From NCBI GenBank assembly GCA_963695095.1, contig CAVOFT010000001.1, forward strand, positions 1,792,001 to 1,856,000: a stretch of 64,000 nucleotides of DNA. The letters run 5' to 3'. Of this stretch, positions 45,953 to 55,752 are shown piece after piece (the first letter of the stretch is position 1; each line of letters opens with the position of its first letter). The stretch is from an uncultured bacterium. GTDB lineage: Bacteria; Krumholzibacteriota; Krumholzibacteriia; JACNKJ01. The translations under genes were made by a program, and so were the position numbers. The notes beneath the pieces were generated by a model, which saw nothing but the letters and a program-made list of their open reading frames with translations, was not told the DNA's origin and ran no database searches.

Positions 45953-46052
45953 GCTCCAGCCCCTCACATCCGCATCGATCGGGACTCATCGCATTTCCGG
46001 GAACGCTCCTCCGGTTGGAGGACGATCTCTGCTCAAGAGAGGTAGCCACGCC

Positions 46053-46142
46053 ATGCCCAACGGCAGGAAGCGCAAGCGCAAGAAGATCGCCACGCACAAG
46101 CGCAAGAAGCGCATGCGCAAGGACCGGCACAAGAAGAAGTAA
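46053..46142 (+). CDS. Small basic protein, ribosomal bS22 / AURKAIP1-COX24 family (29 aa; below the ORF-track cutoff)
   Basis: MPNGRKRKRKKIATHKRKKRMRKDRHKKK*, AGAGG RBS. Confidence 0.9.
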   Translation: MPNGRKRKRKKIATHKRKKRMRKDRHKKK

Positions 46143-46150
46143 GTCAGCTC

Positions 46151-48028
46151 GTGGGTGACTGGACCCGCGCCTTCCTCGCGTTGCTGCAGCGGCATCCGGG
46201 CGGGCTGACCTTGCGGCGCGCAGCCCGCCTCCTCGGCATACCCCGGGAGGACTATCGCCATTTCAGGCGCGAAGTGCTGCTCGTGCTGCGCACTGACCGC
46301 GTCCACCGCGTGCGCGGCCGTTTCCTGCTGCCCGGCACTGTCGGTGCCGGCAGCCCCCGCCCAGCCAGGCCGCTAGCGCCGCCGCCGGTGCTGCCGACGG
46401 CCTTCCGGCCCGCCAGCGTCGAAAGCGAGCGGGCGCAGGCAATGGCGGCGCTGCTTGCCGAGCACGGTCTCGAGCCGCGCTTCCCGCCGGCAGCCCTCGG
46501 CGAAGCCGAGGGGCAGGCGGCGGCCCAGCCCGCGGCAGCCGCCCATCGTCGAGATCTCGGCGGCCTGTGCATCCTGTGCATCGATCCAGCGGATGCGCGG
46601 GACCACGACGATGCCATCAGCCTGGAGCCCGGCGAGCGCGGCGGCTGGCGGCTCGGCGTGCACATCGCCGACGTCGCCGCCTTCGTGCCGGAAGATGGCG
46701 AGCTCGACCGCGAGGCCAGGCGCCGCGGCAATTCCACCTATTTCTACCTCGACACCGTGCCCATGCTGCCGCGAGCGCTGTCGGCGGAAGCCTGTTCGCT
46801 GCTGCCCGGCCAGGATCGCGCGGCGCTGTCGGTCTTCATCGAGTTCGACGCGGCTGTCCAGCCGCTCAGCGTGGAGCTCGTGGAGAGCCGCCTGCGCGTG
46901 AGCCACAGCCTGAGCTACGAAGAGGCGGAGGCCGCTCTCGCCGGCGAATCAGGGGACGAGCCCGCGCGCAGCCTGCAGGCGATGCAGGCGCTGGCCGAGC
47001 GGCTGGCGGCGGAGCGAGCCGCTGCGGGGGCGCTGCAATTCGAGCTGCCCGAGATCCGGCCCGTGGACGAGGGGGAGGGCGTTCAGGCTTTTCGGCCCGC
47101 GCCCGTCCTGCGCAGCCACCACATCGTCGAGGAGTTCATGCTGGCGGCCAACCACGCCGTGGGTCGCCTGCTGCGCGAGCGGGGGCGACCGGCGCTGTAT
47201 CGCATTCACCCGCCGCCGGCCGACGAGGATCTCGCCGAGCTGCTGCTCGCGCTCCGGCGCCGGCGCGTGAACTGGCGCCCGTCGCCCCAGCCGCGCAGCG
47301 CGGACTTCCAGCGTCTGGCGGCCCTGCTCGCGGAGCGACCGGATCGCGAGCTCCTGCTGATGAAACTGCTGCGCGCCCTGGCGAAGGCGGTCTACAGCGT
47401 GCATGACGAGGGGCACTTCGGCCTGGCCTGGTGGGACTATCTCCACTTCACCAGCCCGATCCGCCGCTACGCGGATCTCTGGGTGCACCGGGAGCTGAAA
47501 GACCTGCTCCAGGCGGAACAGGCGCGTGCGGCCGGCGAGCAGCGCTGGCTCCGCCACCGCTTCGCCGAGCTGCCCCGCCGCCCGCGTGCGGCGGCCCTGC
47601 GCCCCCAGCGCCGGCGCGCCCTGGAGGCCCTGGCGCGGGAGATCAGCGACTGCGAGGTCAACTCGCTCAAGGCCGAGCGGGCCGGCCTGCGCCTGGAGAT
47701 GATCCTCTGGGCGCGCCAGCGGCTGGGCGAGCGCTTCACCGCCGATCTGGTGGCGGTCTTTCCGACGGGGATCCTGCTCCGCCTGCCGGATTCCGGGGTG
47801 GAGGGCTTCCTGCCCGCCCAGTTCCTGGGCCGCGAGTACTTCGTCTACCACGAAGAGCGCGAGGAACTGCGGGGGGAGCGCAGCGGGCGCCTCTTTGCCG
47901 CCGGCCAGACCCTGGCCGTGCGGCTGGTGGACGCCAACCTCTTCTCGCGCCGGCTGCAGTTTTTGCTTGAGGATGAGCTGGAGGCAGACGACACTGAGAA
48001 AGCAGCGGGCAAGTCCCGAAGGAGTTGA
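46151..48028 (+). CDS. rnr: Ribonuclease R / RNase II family exoribonuclease
   Basis: IDPADARDHDDA, VHIADV, EEFMLAAN, HFGL, HFTSPIRRYADL, C-terminal S1. Confidence 0.9.
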   Translation: MGDWTRAFLALLQRHPGGLTLRRAARLLGIPREDYRHFRREVLLVLRTDRVHRVRGRFLLPGTVGAGSPRPARPLAPPPVLPTAFRPASVESERAQAMAALLAEHGLEPRFPPAALGEAEGQAAAQPAAAAHRRDLGGLCILCIDPADARDHDDAISLEPGERGGWRLGVHIADVAAFVPEDGELDREARRRGNSTYFYLDTVPMLPRALSAEACSLLPGQDRAALSVFIEFDAAVQPLSVELVESRLRVSHSLSYEEAEAALAGESGDEPARSLQAMQALAERLAAERAAAGALQFELPEIRPVDEGEGVQAFRPAPVLRSHHIVEEFMLAANHAVGRLLRERGRPALYRIHPPPADEDLAELLLALRRRRVNWRPSPQPRSADFQRLAALLAERPDRELLLMKLLRALAKAVYSVHDEGHFGLAWWDYLHFTSPIRRYADLWVHRELKDLLQAEQARAAGEQRWLRHRFAELPRRPRAAALRPQRRRALEALAREISDCEVNSLKAERAGLRLEMILWARQRLGERFTADLVAVFPTGILLRLPDSGVEGFLPAQFLGREYFVYHEEREELRGERSGRLFAAGQTLAVRLVDANLFSRRLQFLLEDELEADDTEKAAGKSRRS

Positions 48029-48031
48029 GCC

Positions 48032-48400
48032 GTGCAGGAGCGTCGCCGCGCCCCCCGCCTGAAAGTCGAGCTACCCGTCATGCTGCGCATGCCGGGCAGC
48101 GCGGTCGCCCCCCTCGGCGAGACCCTGGACCTGAGCCGCAACGGCGCCTATTTCACGAGCGAGTATTTCATGAGCGAGGGCACCCGGCTGCCCGTCACGC
48201 TCGAGTTGCCCGGAGACGAGGGCCACCCCGCCGCCGCCATCCATCCGGACGGCATCGTCGTGCGCTGCCTGCCCGAAGAGGAAGATCCCGCCGTGCGCAG
48301 CTACGAGGTGGCGGTCTTCTTCATGGATCTGATCAAGGACGAGCAGCTCCTGCTCGATGCCTTCCTCGAGCGCCGCCTCGGTCGGGCCACCGCCCGCTAA
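48032..48400 (+). CDS. PilZ domain protein
   Basis: ERRRAPR (RxxxR) and DLSRNG (DxSxxG). Confidence 0.88.
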   Translation: MQERRRAPRLKVELPVMLRMPGSAVAPLGETLDLSRNGAYFTSEYFMSEGTRLPVTLELPGDEGHPAAAIHPDGIVVRCLPEEEDPAVRSYEVAVFFMDLIKDEQLLLDAFLERRLGRATAR

Positions 48401-48426
48401 CCGCCGGCTTCCCGCCTGAATCCCCC

Positions 48427-48453
48427 TCAAGCGCCGTCCTCGGGTGCCGATAA
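48427..48453 (+). promoter_or_regulatory. sigma28 (FliA) promoter
   Basis: TCAA-N15-GCCGATAA. Confidence 0.8.
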
Positions 48454-48495
48454 CCTTGCCGAGCCTTCGTGCACTCGGAAAAGGAGCACCTGCAC

Positions 48496-49386
48496 ATGCC
48501 CGACAGTCCTTCCATCGCCGGCCTGGTGGAGATCAAGACGCTGCAGAAGCGAGTCCTGGCGCAGACCGAGAGCCTGCCCAGCCTGTCCACCGTCGTCGGT
48601 GAGTTCCTGCAGCTCTCGGCCAAGGAGTACTTCACAGCCCTGGACTTCGAGAAGGTGCTGATCAAGGACCAGGCCCTCGTGGCTCGCCTGCTCAAGGTGG
48701 CCAACAGCAGCTTCTTCGGCAGCTCGCGGCCCATCCAGACGGTCCACGAGGCCGTGGTCCTGATCGGCATGGACAATCTGAAGAACATCGTCTACGCGGT
48801 CAGCTCCAGCGGCCTCCTGCGGCGGAAGCTGAAGAGCTACCGCTATCCGGAGGCCGGCTTCTGGCTGCATTCCATGGCCGTGGGCATGACCTGCCGCGCG
48901 CTCATGGAGGGCCTGCGCGAGGGGCCCCTGGGCAGCGAGGAGGCCTTCGTCGCCGGGCTGATGCACGACATCGGCAAGCTGATCATCGACGACTACCTCG
49001 AGCCCACCGGTGGCAAGAACGGCATCTACAGCCTGGATGAGGAGCGGGAGGCCGCCGGTTTCGATCACGCGGAGCTCGGCGAGAAGATCCTCGAGCGCTG
49101 GCGGATTCCGGGCCACATCCGCGAGGCCCTGCGCTATCACCACGATCCCTTCGCTGGCGGCGAGTTCCAGGGCGGGGCTGCCGTGGTGAACCTGGCCGAT
49201 CGCATCTGCAACGCCTGGTGCGTCGGCACGCGCCCGCTCATGGACCTGGGCCGCGAGATCAACGAGGACGACTATGCGGACATCCTGGCCGCCCTCGCCT
49301 ACCCCGCGGGCAGCTTCCTGCCGCTGCTCTGGGAGCTGCGCCAGAAGCTCGCCGTCGTCGGCAGCTATTACGCCGAGGACGAATGA
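48496..49386 (+). CDS. HDOD domain protein
   Basis: LPSL, DQAL.ARLLKVANS, FWLHS, AGLMHDIGK, DHAELG, YHH. Confidence 0.92.
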   Translation: MPDSPSIAGLVEIKTLQKRVLAQTESLPSLSTVVGEFLQLSAKEYFTALDFEKVLIKDQALVARLLKVANSSFFGSSRPIQTVHEAVVLIGMDNLKNIVYAVSSSGLLRRKLKSYRYPEAGFWLHSMAVGMTCRALMEGLREGPLGSEEAFVAGLMHDIGKLIIDDYLEPTGGKNGIYSLDEEREAAGFDHAELGEKILERWRIPGHIREALRYHHDPFAGGEFQGGAAVVNLADRICNAWCVGTRPLMDLGREINEDDYADILAALAYPAGSFLPLLWELRQKLAVVGSYYAEDE

Positions 49387-50963
49387 GCTCTGCGCTGATC
49401 GCAGGAGATGATCTGGCGCTGCTGGACCTCTACGGCGCCGAGGATCGGGCCGAGTTTCAGCGCGTGCTGGCTGCCATTCTCGGCGATCGCTTCGGTGTGC
49501 GGGACTTCGCCGTACACCTGGTCGACCGCCGCCGCCGGCACTTCCTCGAGCTGGAATCCGCGCCCGGGGCGGTCGAGCGCCTGGTTGCGGCGACCGCGCT
49601 GCCCTTGCGCGTCCAGGGCGCCGAGCTGGGCCGGCTGAGCCTGCCCGGCGGCGTCCCCGAGAGCGCAGAGCTGTCCACCTTCAGCAACCACGTCGCGCTG
49701 GCCCTCTATTTCCAGAAGTTCATCGATCAGCAGGGGCGATTGATGGAGGAGAGTCTGTCGCACGTGCAGGCGCTCAAGGCGATGGGCGATCTGCTGGGCG
49801 AGCTGGAGCCGGAGCTCGTCCTCAACAAGACGCTGAAGTTCTTCGTCGACCTGGTGGGCGCCGAGGTGGGCGCGGCGCGCCTCCTGGCCGAGGACCGCTG
49901 CCTGCACGAGGCGCGCTGGGGCCTGCCGGCCGAAATCCTCAGCGAGCTGGTGGGGGTCGCGGGCGGCGGCGTGGGCGAAGGCAGCGGTTGGCTGCAGCGC
50001 ATCGCGCTGCCTCGCGAGCGCTTCGCCGGCTTCTCCCTGGGCGCGGTGCTCTACCTGCCCTTCGAGCTGAGGCCGCCCCACACGGCTCAGGTCTTCCTGC
50101 TCTCCGGTGAGGAGATCGAAATCGGACAGCATCGCGCCGAGCTGGTGGGCTCCTGCCACGCCATCGGCGGCATCGCGCTGCAGAAGTCGCTCGATCACCT
50201 GGAGCAGATCCGCCAGCATCGGCTGAGCGAGCAGCTCAGTGTCGCCAAGGAGATCCAGGCGAAACTCCTGCCCAGCGTGCTGCCCAGCCGCGCCGGGCTG
50301 GACATCGCGGGCCTGAGCCTGCCGGCCCAGGCCGTGGGCGGGGACTACTTCGATGTCCTCGAATTGCCGGGGGGCGATCTGCTCGCGATCGTCGCCGATG
50401 TCTCGGGCAAGGGCATCCAGGCCGCCATCCGCATGAGCGGCCTGCAGGCGATGGTGCACAGCCTCGGCTTCCAGGATCTGCAGCCGGAGCAGGTGCTCGT
50501 GCGGCTGAACGAAGTCCTGGGCCGCGGCGGCCTCAGCGGGCACTTCGTGACGGCCTGCGTGCTGCGCGTCGGCGCCGACGGCCGCCGGGTGCGCTTCGCC
50601 TCGGCGGGCCATGAATCGGCGCTCATCGCGCGCGCGACCGGCGGCTGCGCCGGCATCGAGCGCCCGGGCGGCCTGCCGCTCGGCCTGCGCGCCGACCAGC
50701 GCTACCCCGAGACCGAGCTCACGCTCGCGCCGGGGGACCGCTTGCTCGTCTACACCGACGGCATCACCGACACCCGCAACAGCGCCGGCGAGCTCTATGG
50801 GCTCGATCGCCTGCAGGCCCGCCTGGCGGCCGCGGACGCGGCAGGCGCTCAGGCCTGGCTGGACGGCCTGGTCGCCGATCTCGAGCGCTGGCGCGGTCAG
50901 ACCCCCTGGTCCGACGACCTGACCGCCCTCACCTTTCACCACCACGCAGAAGGGACTCACTGA
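49383..50963 (+). CDS. SpoIIE/RsbU-type PP2C serine phosphatase
   Basis: A.EIQ..LLP, VGGDYFD, ADVSGKG, SAGH, YTDG.TD, DDLT. Confidence 0.92.
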   Translation: MSSALIAGDDLALLDLYGAEDRAEFQRVLAAILGDRFGVRDFAVHLVDRRRRHFLELESAPGAVERLVAATALPLRVQGAELGRLSLPGGVPESAELSTFSNHVALALYFQKFIDQQGRLMEESLSHVQALKAMGDLLGELEPELVLNKTLKFFVDLVGAEVGAARLLAEDRCLHEARWGLPAEILSELVGVAGGGVGEGSGWLQRIALPRERFAGFSLGAVLYLPFELRPPHTAQVFLLSGEEIEIGQHRAELVGSCHAIGGIALQKSLDHLEQIRQHRLSEQLSVAKEIQAKLLPSVLPSRAGLDIAGLSLPAQAVGGDYFDVLELPGGDLLAIVADVSGKGIQAAIRMSGLQAMVHSLGFQDLQPEQVLVRLNEVLGRGGLSGHFVTACVLRVGADGRRVRFASAGHESALIARATGGCAGIERPGGLPLGLRADQRYPETELTLAPGDRLLVYTDGITDTRNSAGELYGLDRLQARLAAADAAGAQAWLDGLVADLERWRGQTPWSDDLTALTFHHHAEGTH

Positions 50964-51283
50964 TGGACATCGGCTGCAGCGAGCAAGGGGCGCAGGTGAT
51001 CCTCAGCGTCAAGGGCGAGATCGAGGTCTATTCCCTGCCCGAGTTCTCGCGCCTGGCGGAATCCTATCTGGGCGGCCCGGCGGAACTCGTCCTGGATCTC
51101 GAGGGCCTCGAGTACATCGATAGCTCGGGGCTCGGCTTTCTCGTCACCCTGCACGAACGCATGGAGCGCCAGGGCCAGCGGCTGGTGCTCGCCCACTTGC
51201 GCAGCCACGTCAGCCGCGTCTTCAAGATCACGCGCCTGGATCAGATCCTCGACATCCGCAGCGAGGAGGCGCCGACGCGCTGA
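50963..51283 (+). CDS. STAS anti-sigma factor antagonist
   Basis: LDL..LEYIDSSGLG, VF.ITRLD. Confidence 0.92.
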   Translation: MDIGCSEQGAQVILSVKGEIEVYSLPEFSRLAESYLGGPAELVLDLEGLEYIDSSGLGFLVTLHERMERQGQRLVLAHLRSHVSRVFKITRLDQILDIRSEEAPTR

Positions 51284-51424
51284 GGCAGGCTGAGGCAGCC
51301 GGCGGCAGGAAGGGGAAGAACTTGCCCCTCGCGGGCGTTCACTCTTGCCCACCGCTGTCCGCTCCCGATCCCTAAGCTCCCCAGGAACAAGGCCCTGTCG
51401 CCGCCGTCGGCGGCCGGAGGCGCG

Positions 51425-51440
51425 TGGCACGCGCCTTGAT
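51425..51440 (+). promoter_or_regulatory. sigma54 promoter of the flgF operon
   Basis: TGGCAC-GCGCC-TTGAT. Confidence 0.65.
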
Positions 51441-51507
51441 GTGCCACTGCCGGACGCTGCCCGACGCCCGGGAGAAGCGGCGGTCGCGTCCAGGGAGAAG
51501 CGGTTCC

Positions 51508-52230
51508 ATGATCAAGGCGCTCGCGAGCAGCGGGCAGGCGATGCAGGTCCAGCAGCGCCGCCACGAGCTGATCGCCAATAATCTCGCCAACGCCAACACG
51601 CCCGGCTTCCAGAAGCTGGTCAGTCGCGTCGAGCTGGGCGCGCCCAGCGGGGTCGGCCCGGCGGCGGCGACGAAGGGCCGCGCCCTCAGCGTCGGCATCT
51701 TCACCTCGACGGCGCAGGGGCCGCTCGAAAGCACCGGCAATCCCCTGGATGTCGCGCTGATGGGGGAGGGCTACTTCCTCATCGAGACGCCGGACGGGCC
51801 GCGCTTGAGCCGCGACGGCGCCTTCTCATTGAGCGCCGAAGGCGAGCTGCTGCATGGCTCCGGCTATCCGGTCCTGGCCGATGGCAGCGCCCTGCGCATC
51901 GAGGGCATCCCCAGCATCCTGCCCGACGGCACCGTCATGGACGGCAGCCGCGCCAGCGGCCGCCTCAGCGTCGTACGCCCGGTGGCCGGCACGGCGCTCT
52001 TGCGCCAGGGCGACAACCTGCTCGAGGCCCCGGGCGGCGTCGAGGAGGTGCCCGGCGAAGAGGTCACGGTGCAGGCGGGCCGCCGCGAGGGCTCGAATGT
52101 CGAACCGATCGAGGAGATGGTGGCGATGATCCGCGCCTTCCGCAGCTACGAGATGGCGCAGAAGGCGGCCCAGGCCGCAGACGACTTGCTGCGCGTGGCC
52201 GTCGAGCGGGTCGGGGTGCTGCGCGCCTAG
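51508..52230 (+). CDS. flgF: Flagellar basal-body rod protein FlgF
   Basis: ANNLANANTPGF, TGNPLDVAL.G.G.F, RDG.F, EGSNV. Confidence 0.9.
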   Translation: MIKALASSGQAMQVQQRRHELIANNLANANTPGFQKLVSRVELGAPSGVGPAAATKGRALSVGIFTSTAQGPLESTGNPLDVALMGEGYFLIETPDGPRLSRDGAFSLSAEGELLHGSGYPVLADGSALRIEGIPSILPDGTVMDGSRASGRLSVVRPVAGTALLRQGDNLLEAPGGVEEVPGEEVTVQAGRREGSNVEPIEEMVAMIRAFRSYEMAQKAAQAADDLLRVAVERVGVLRA

Positions 52231-52309
52231 GTCCGCGAGCGGCGCGTGAAGCGCCGATCGGCCACCGCCAAACCGGGCGCCGCGGCGCTCAGAGCAGGGA
52301 GAAGCAACC

Positions 52310-53092
52310 ATGATGCGAGCCATGTCCACTTCAGCCAGCGGCATGCGGGCCCAGCAGCTCTACGTGGACACCATCGCCAACAACCTCGCCAACGTGAACA
52401 CCACGGCCTTCAAGGCCGCGCGGGCGGAGTTCCAGGACCTGCTCTACCAAACGGTCTCGCCCAATCAGCGCCAGGCCGCTGCCGCCGGGATCCAGCCGAT
52501 CCAGATCGGCCACGGCGTGCGCCTGGCCGCGGTGCGCCGCGACTTCAGCCAGGGCTCGACGATGGTCACCGGCAGCGCGCTCGACCTGGCGCTCACGGGC
52601 GAGGGCTTCTTCCGCATCGAGCAGGCGGACGGCAGCTTCGCCTATACCCGCGACGGCAGCTTCTCATTGGATGGCGAGGGGAGCCTGGTCACCTCGGCCG
52701 GCATGCGGGTCGCCCCCGGCTTCAGCTTCCCGGAGGGAACGAGCGAGGTGGGCGTGGAGCAGAACGGCCGCATCCTCGTGCGGGCCGACGGCGCCGAGGA
52801 GTCCACCGAACTGGGACGCCTCGATGTCTATCGCTTCGCCAATCCCGCGGGACTGCGGGCGCTGGGCGGCAATCTCTTCGCGGAGACCGAGGCCAGCGGA
52901 CAGGCCCAGCTCGGCGAGGCCGGCCAGGACGGGCTCGGCAGCGTCGAGGCCGGCCTGCTCGAGGCCAGCAACGTCAGCGTCGTCGAGGAGATGATCCGCC
53001 TCATCGAAGCGCAGCGCGCCTACGAGTTGAACTCCAAGGCCATTCAAACGGCCGAGGACATGCTTGCCCTCACCAGCCAGATCAAGCGCTAG
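52310..53092 (+). CDS. flgG: Flagellar distal rod protein FlgG
   Basis: ANNLANVNT..FK, FQDLLYQ, LEASNV.VVEEM..LI.AQRAYE.NSK. Confidence 0.95.
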   Translation: MMRAMSTSASGMRAQQLYVDTIANNLANVNTTAFKAARAEFQDLLYQTVSPNQRQAAAAGIQPIQIGHGVRLAAVRRDFSQGSTMVTGSALDLALTGEGFFRIEQADGSFAYTRDGSFSLDGEGSLVTSAGMRVAPGFSFPEGTSEVGVEQNGRILVRADGAEESTELGRLDVYRFANPAGLRALGGNLFAETEASGQAQLGEAGQDGLGSVEAGLLEASNVSVVEEMIRLIEAQRAYELNSKAIQTAEDMLALTSQIKR

Positions 53093-53099
53093 GCCGGCG

Positions 53100-54047
53100 A
53101 TGCGCAGCACCCTGCTGCTTCTCGCTCTCCTCGCGGCGGCGGTGGCCCCCGCCGCGGCGCCGGCGGCCGTGCTCACCTTGCGCGAGGTGGTCGCCTGCCA
53201 GGGGCCGAGCGTGAAGCTGGGCGAGCTGTTCGCGCTGGGCAGCGCCGGCGCGCTCGATGAGCGGCGCATCGCCGCCAGCCCCGCCCCCGGCGCCGGCAGC
53301 GTGCTGGAGCGCAGCCGCCTCGCGCGGCAGCTCGCCGACTGGGGCTGGCACGGTGAACTCAAGGGTCCGGCCCAGATCCGCTTGCGCACGCCGGGCGTCG
53401 TGGTCGCCACGGCGCCCTTGGAGGCAGCCGTAGCCGCGAACCTGGCCGCGCGCCTGGATTCCCTGGGCCTGCGCTTGAGCGCGGGCCCGGTCGGCTGGCC
53501 GGCGGAGCTGGTCTGCGGCAACGCACGCCTGCAGTGGCGACTGACCCTGCTCGGCGACGCGCCCCGCCCGGAGGGCCGGGCGCGCCTCACGCTGATCGAT
53601 GCCGCCGGCTTCGAGCAGCATCTGGAGTTGAGCTACAGCTGCCAGCAACCCCGTCAAGTCGGGGTCGCAAGCGTGGATCAGCCGCGGGGCGCGGTGCTCA
53701 GCGGATGGCAGGTCGAGGAGCGGGACGCGTTCGCGATCCGGGGCGAGCCGCTGACGCCGGCAGCCCTGGCGGGTGCCCTGCTCACGGAGCCGCTGCGGGC
53801 GGGCGCGGTGCTCACGCGGCGCAACGCGAAGCCGGCACCGCTCGTGCGGGCCGGGCGCGAGGTGGACGTGCGCCTGACGCGTGGTGCCGTCAGCGTCAGC
53901 CTGCGTGGGATCGCCCGCGAAGATGGCGCGCTCGGGGATCTGGTCACCGTGCGCCATCTCGACGGCCGCCTGCAACGCCGCTACCGCGTGGCGGGTGAGG
54001 GGCTCGTGGAACCCAGCTATGTGACGACCAAGGGAGGCTCTACATGA
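53100..54047 (+). CDS. flgA: P-ring assembly chaperone FlgA
   Basis: Signal peptide; C-terminal LV..G..V...V...G.A..DG..GD.V.V; lies between flgG and flgH. Confidence 0.85.
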   Translation: MRSTLLLLALLAAAVAPAAAPAAVLTLREVVACQGPSVKLGELFALGSAGALDERRIAASPAPGAGSVLERSRLARQLADWGWHGELKGPAQIRLRTPGVVVATAPLEAAVAANLAARLDSLGLRLSAGPVGWPAELVCGNARLQWRLTLLGDAPRPEGRARLTLIDAAGFEQHLELSYSCQQPRQVGVASVDQPRGAVLSGWQVEERDAFAIRGEPLTPAALAGALLTEPLRAGAVLTRRNAKPAPLVRAGREVDVRLTRGAVSVSLRGIAREDGALGDLVTVRHLDGRLQRRYRVAGEGLVEPSYVTTKGGST

Positions 54048-54622
54048 TCGGCAAGCGCATTGGCGTCGGCCTCGTCCTCTTCGCCCTGGCGGCGCCATCG
54101 GCTGCGGTCGAGCCGCTCTGGGACAGCGATGCCGGCGGCAGTCTCTACGCGAATGTCAAAGCCCATCGGCCGGGCGATCTGCTCACGGTGATCATCGTCG
54201 AGAACTCCAGCGCCAGCAGCGACGCCAAGACGGCCACCGAGAACGAGCATGACACGGCCGGCGGCCCGGGCGAGGGCGCCCTCAACTTCATCCCGCTCTG
54301 GGGATTCAAGCAGAAGACCAGCTACGACGGGAAGGGCAATACGACGCGCAAGGGCCAGCTGAGCGCCGTCATGAGCGCGCGCATCATGGAAGAGCTTCCC
54401 GGCGGCATGTTCCGCATCGAAGGCCATCGGGAGATCAAGCGCAATGGCGAGACCGAGGAGATGACGCTCAGCGGCATCATTCGCAGCCGGGACATCATGC
54501 CGGACAACACGATCAACTCGGCCGCCATCGCCGACGCCGTGATCCACTACGACGGCACGGGCGATGTGGCCAATGGCAACGAGCCCGGGTTCCTGACCCG
54601 GCTCATCAACTGGTTCTTCTAG
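54044..54622 (+). CDS. flgH: Flagellar L-ring protein FlgH
   Basis: GDLLTV.I.E, LSGIIR..DI..DNTI.S..IADA. Confidence 0.92.
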   Translation: MIGKRIGVGLVLFALAAPSAAVEPLWDSDAGGSLYANVKAHRPGDLLTVIIVENSSASSDAKTATENEHDTAGGPGEGALNFIPLWGFKQKTSYDGKGNTTRKGQLSAVMSARIMEELPGGMFRIEGHREIKRNGETEEMTLSGIIRSRDIMPDNTINSAAIADAVIHYDGTGDVANGNEPGFLTRLINWFF

Positions 54623-54625
54623 GAG

Positions 54626-55741
54626 ATGACCATGTGGCATCGCAGCGCGCGGCACGCTCTTCTCATGCTGCTCACCCTCGCCCTGCCGGGTCCGGCGGGC
54701 GCGGCGCGCATCAAGGACATCGCCAGCGTCGACGGCAGCCTGGGTGAACACCTGATCGGCTACGGGATCATCGTCGGCCTGAGCGGCAGCGGCGACGGCG
54801 GCAAGACCGGCTTCACCGCCCACTCGGTGGCCGGGATGATGGAGAAGTTCGGCCACACGCTCGATCCGGCCGAGCTCAAGCTGAAGAATGTGGCGGCCGT
54901 GATGGTCACCGCAACACTGATGCCCTACAGCAAGAGCGGCGGATCGCTGGACGTCACGGTGTCCAGCCTCGGCGACGCCACCAGTCTCGAGGGCGGCATC
55001 CTCTTGATGACGCCGCTGATCCGGCAGGCCGATGGCGTCCAGTACGCCATCGCCCAGGGGCCGGTGTCGATCGGCGGCTTCAACATCGATGCCGGCAAGG
55101 GCAACAGCCTGCGCCAGAACCACAGCACGGTCGGCCGCATCCCTGCCGGCGGCCAGCTCATCCGCGACTGGGACGGCCAGCTGCTGCGCGACAATCGCGT
55201 CGAGCTGAGCCTGCACAATCCGGACTTCACGACGGCCGATAACATCGCCCGCCGCATCAACGCCGCCATCGGCACCGAGGCCGCGCGCGTGTTCGGCGCC
55301 GGCCGCGTGTCGGTATGGATTCCCGCCGAGCGCGAGCGGGACCGCTTCGGCTTCATCGCGCAGGTGGAGAACCTGAGCGTCGACACCGATCTGCCCGCCC
55401 GCGTCGTGATCAACGAGCGCACCGGCACCGTGGTGGTGGGCGAGCACGTCACCATTCACGATGTCGCGATCGCGCACGGCAACCTGCGGGTCGAGATCCG
55501 GACCGACTATCGCGCCAGTCAACCCGCGCCCTTCGGGGAAGGGGAGAGCCTGCTCATCCCCGAAGTGAATGCCAGCGTCGCCAGCGGCGAGGGTCAGCTG
55601 GCCGTGTTCGGGCTCACGAATACGGTGGAGCAGGTGGCGCGCGCTCTCAACGAGCTGGGGGTCACCCCGCGGGACATGGTGGCGATCTTTCAAGCCCTCA
55701 AGTCGGCCGGCGCTCTCGAGGCCGAACTGGTGATCATGTAG
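54626..55741 (+). CDS. flgI: Flagellar P-ring protein FlgI
   Basis: RIKDI, GYG..VGL.G.GD, NVAAVMVTA, INERTGT. Confidence 0.96.
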   Translation: MTMWHRSARHALLMLLTLALPGPAGAARIKDIASVDGSLGEHLIGYGIIVGLSGSGDGGKTGFTAHSVAGMMEKFGHTLDPAELKLKNVAAVMVTATLMPYSKSGGSLDVTVSSLGDATSLEGGILLMTPLIRQADGVQYAIAQGPVSIGGFNIDAGKGNSLRQNHSTVGRIPAGGQLIRDWDGQLLRDNRVELSLHNPDFTTADNIARRINAAIGTEAARVFGAGRVSVWIPAERERDRFGFIAQVENLSVDTDLPARVVINERTGTVVVGEHVTIHDVAIAHGNLRVEIRTDYRASQPAPFGEGESLLIPEVNASVASGEGQLAVFGLTNTVEQVARALNELGVTPRDMVAIFQALKSAGALEAELVIM

Positions 55742-55752
55742 GAGGTCCGCTC

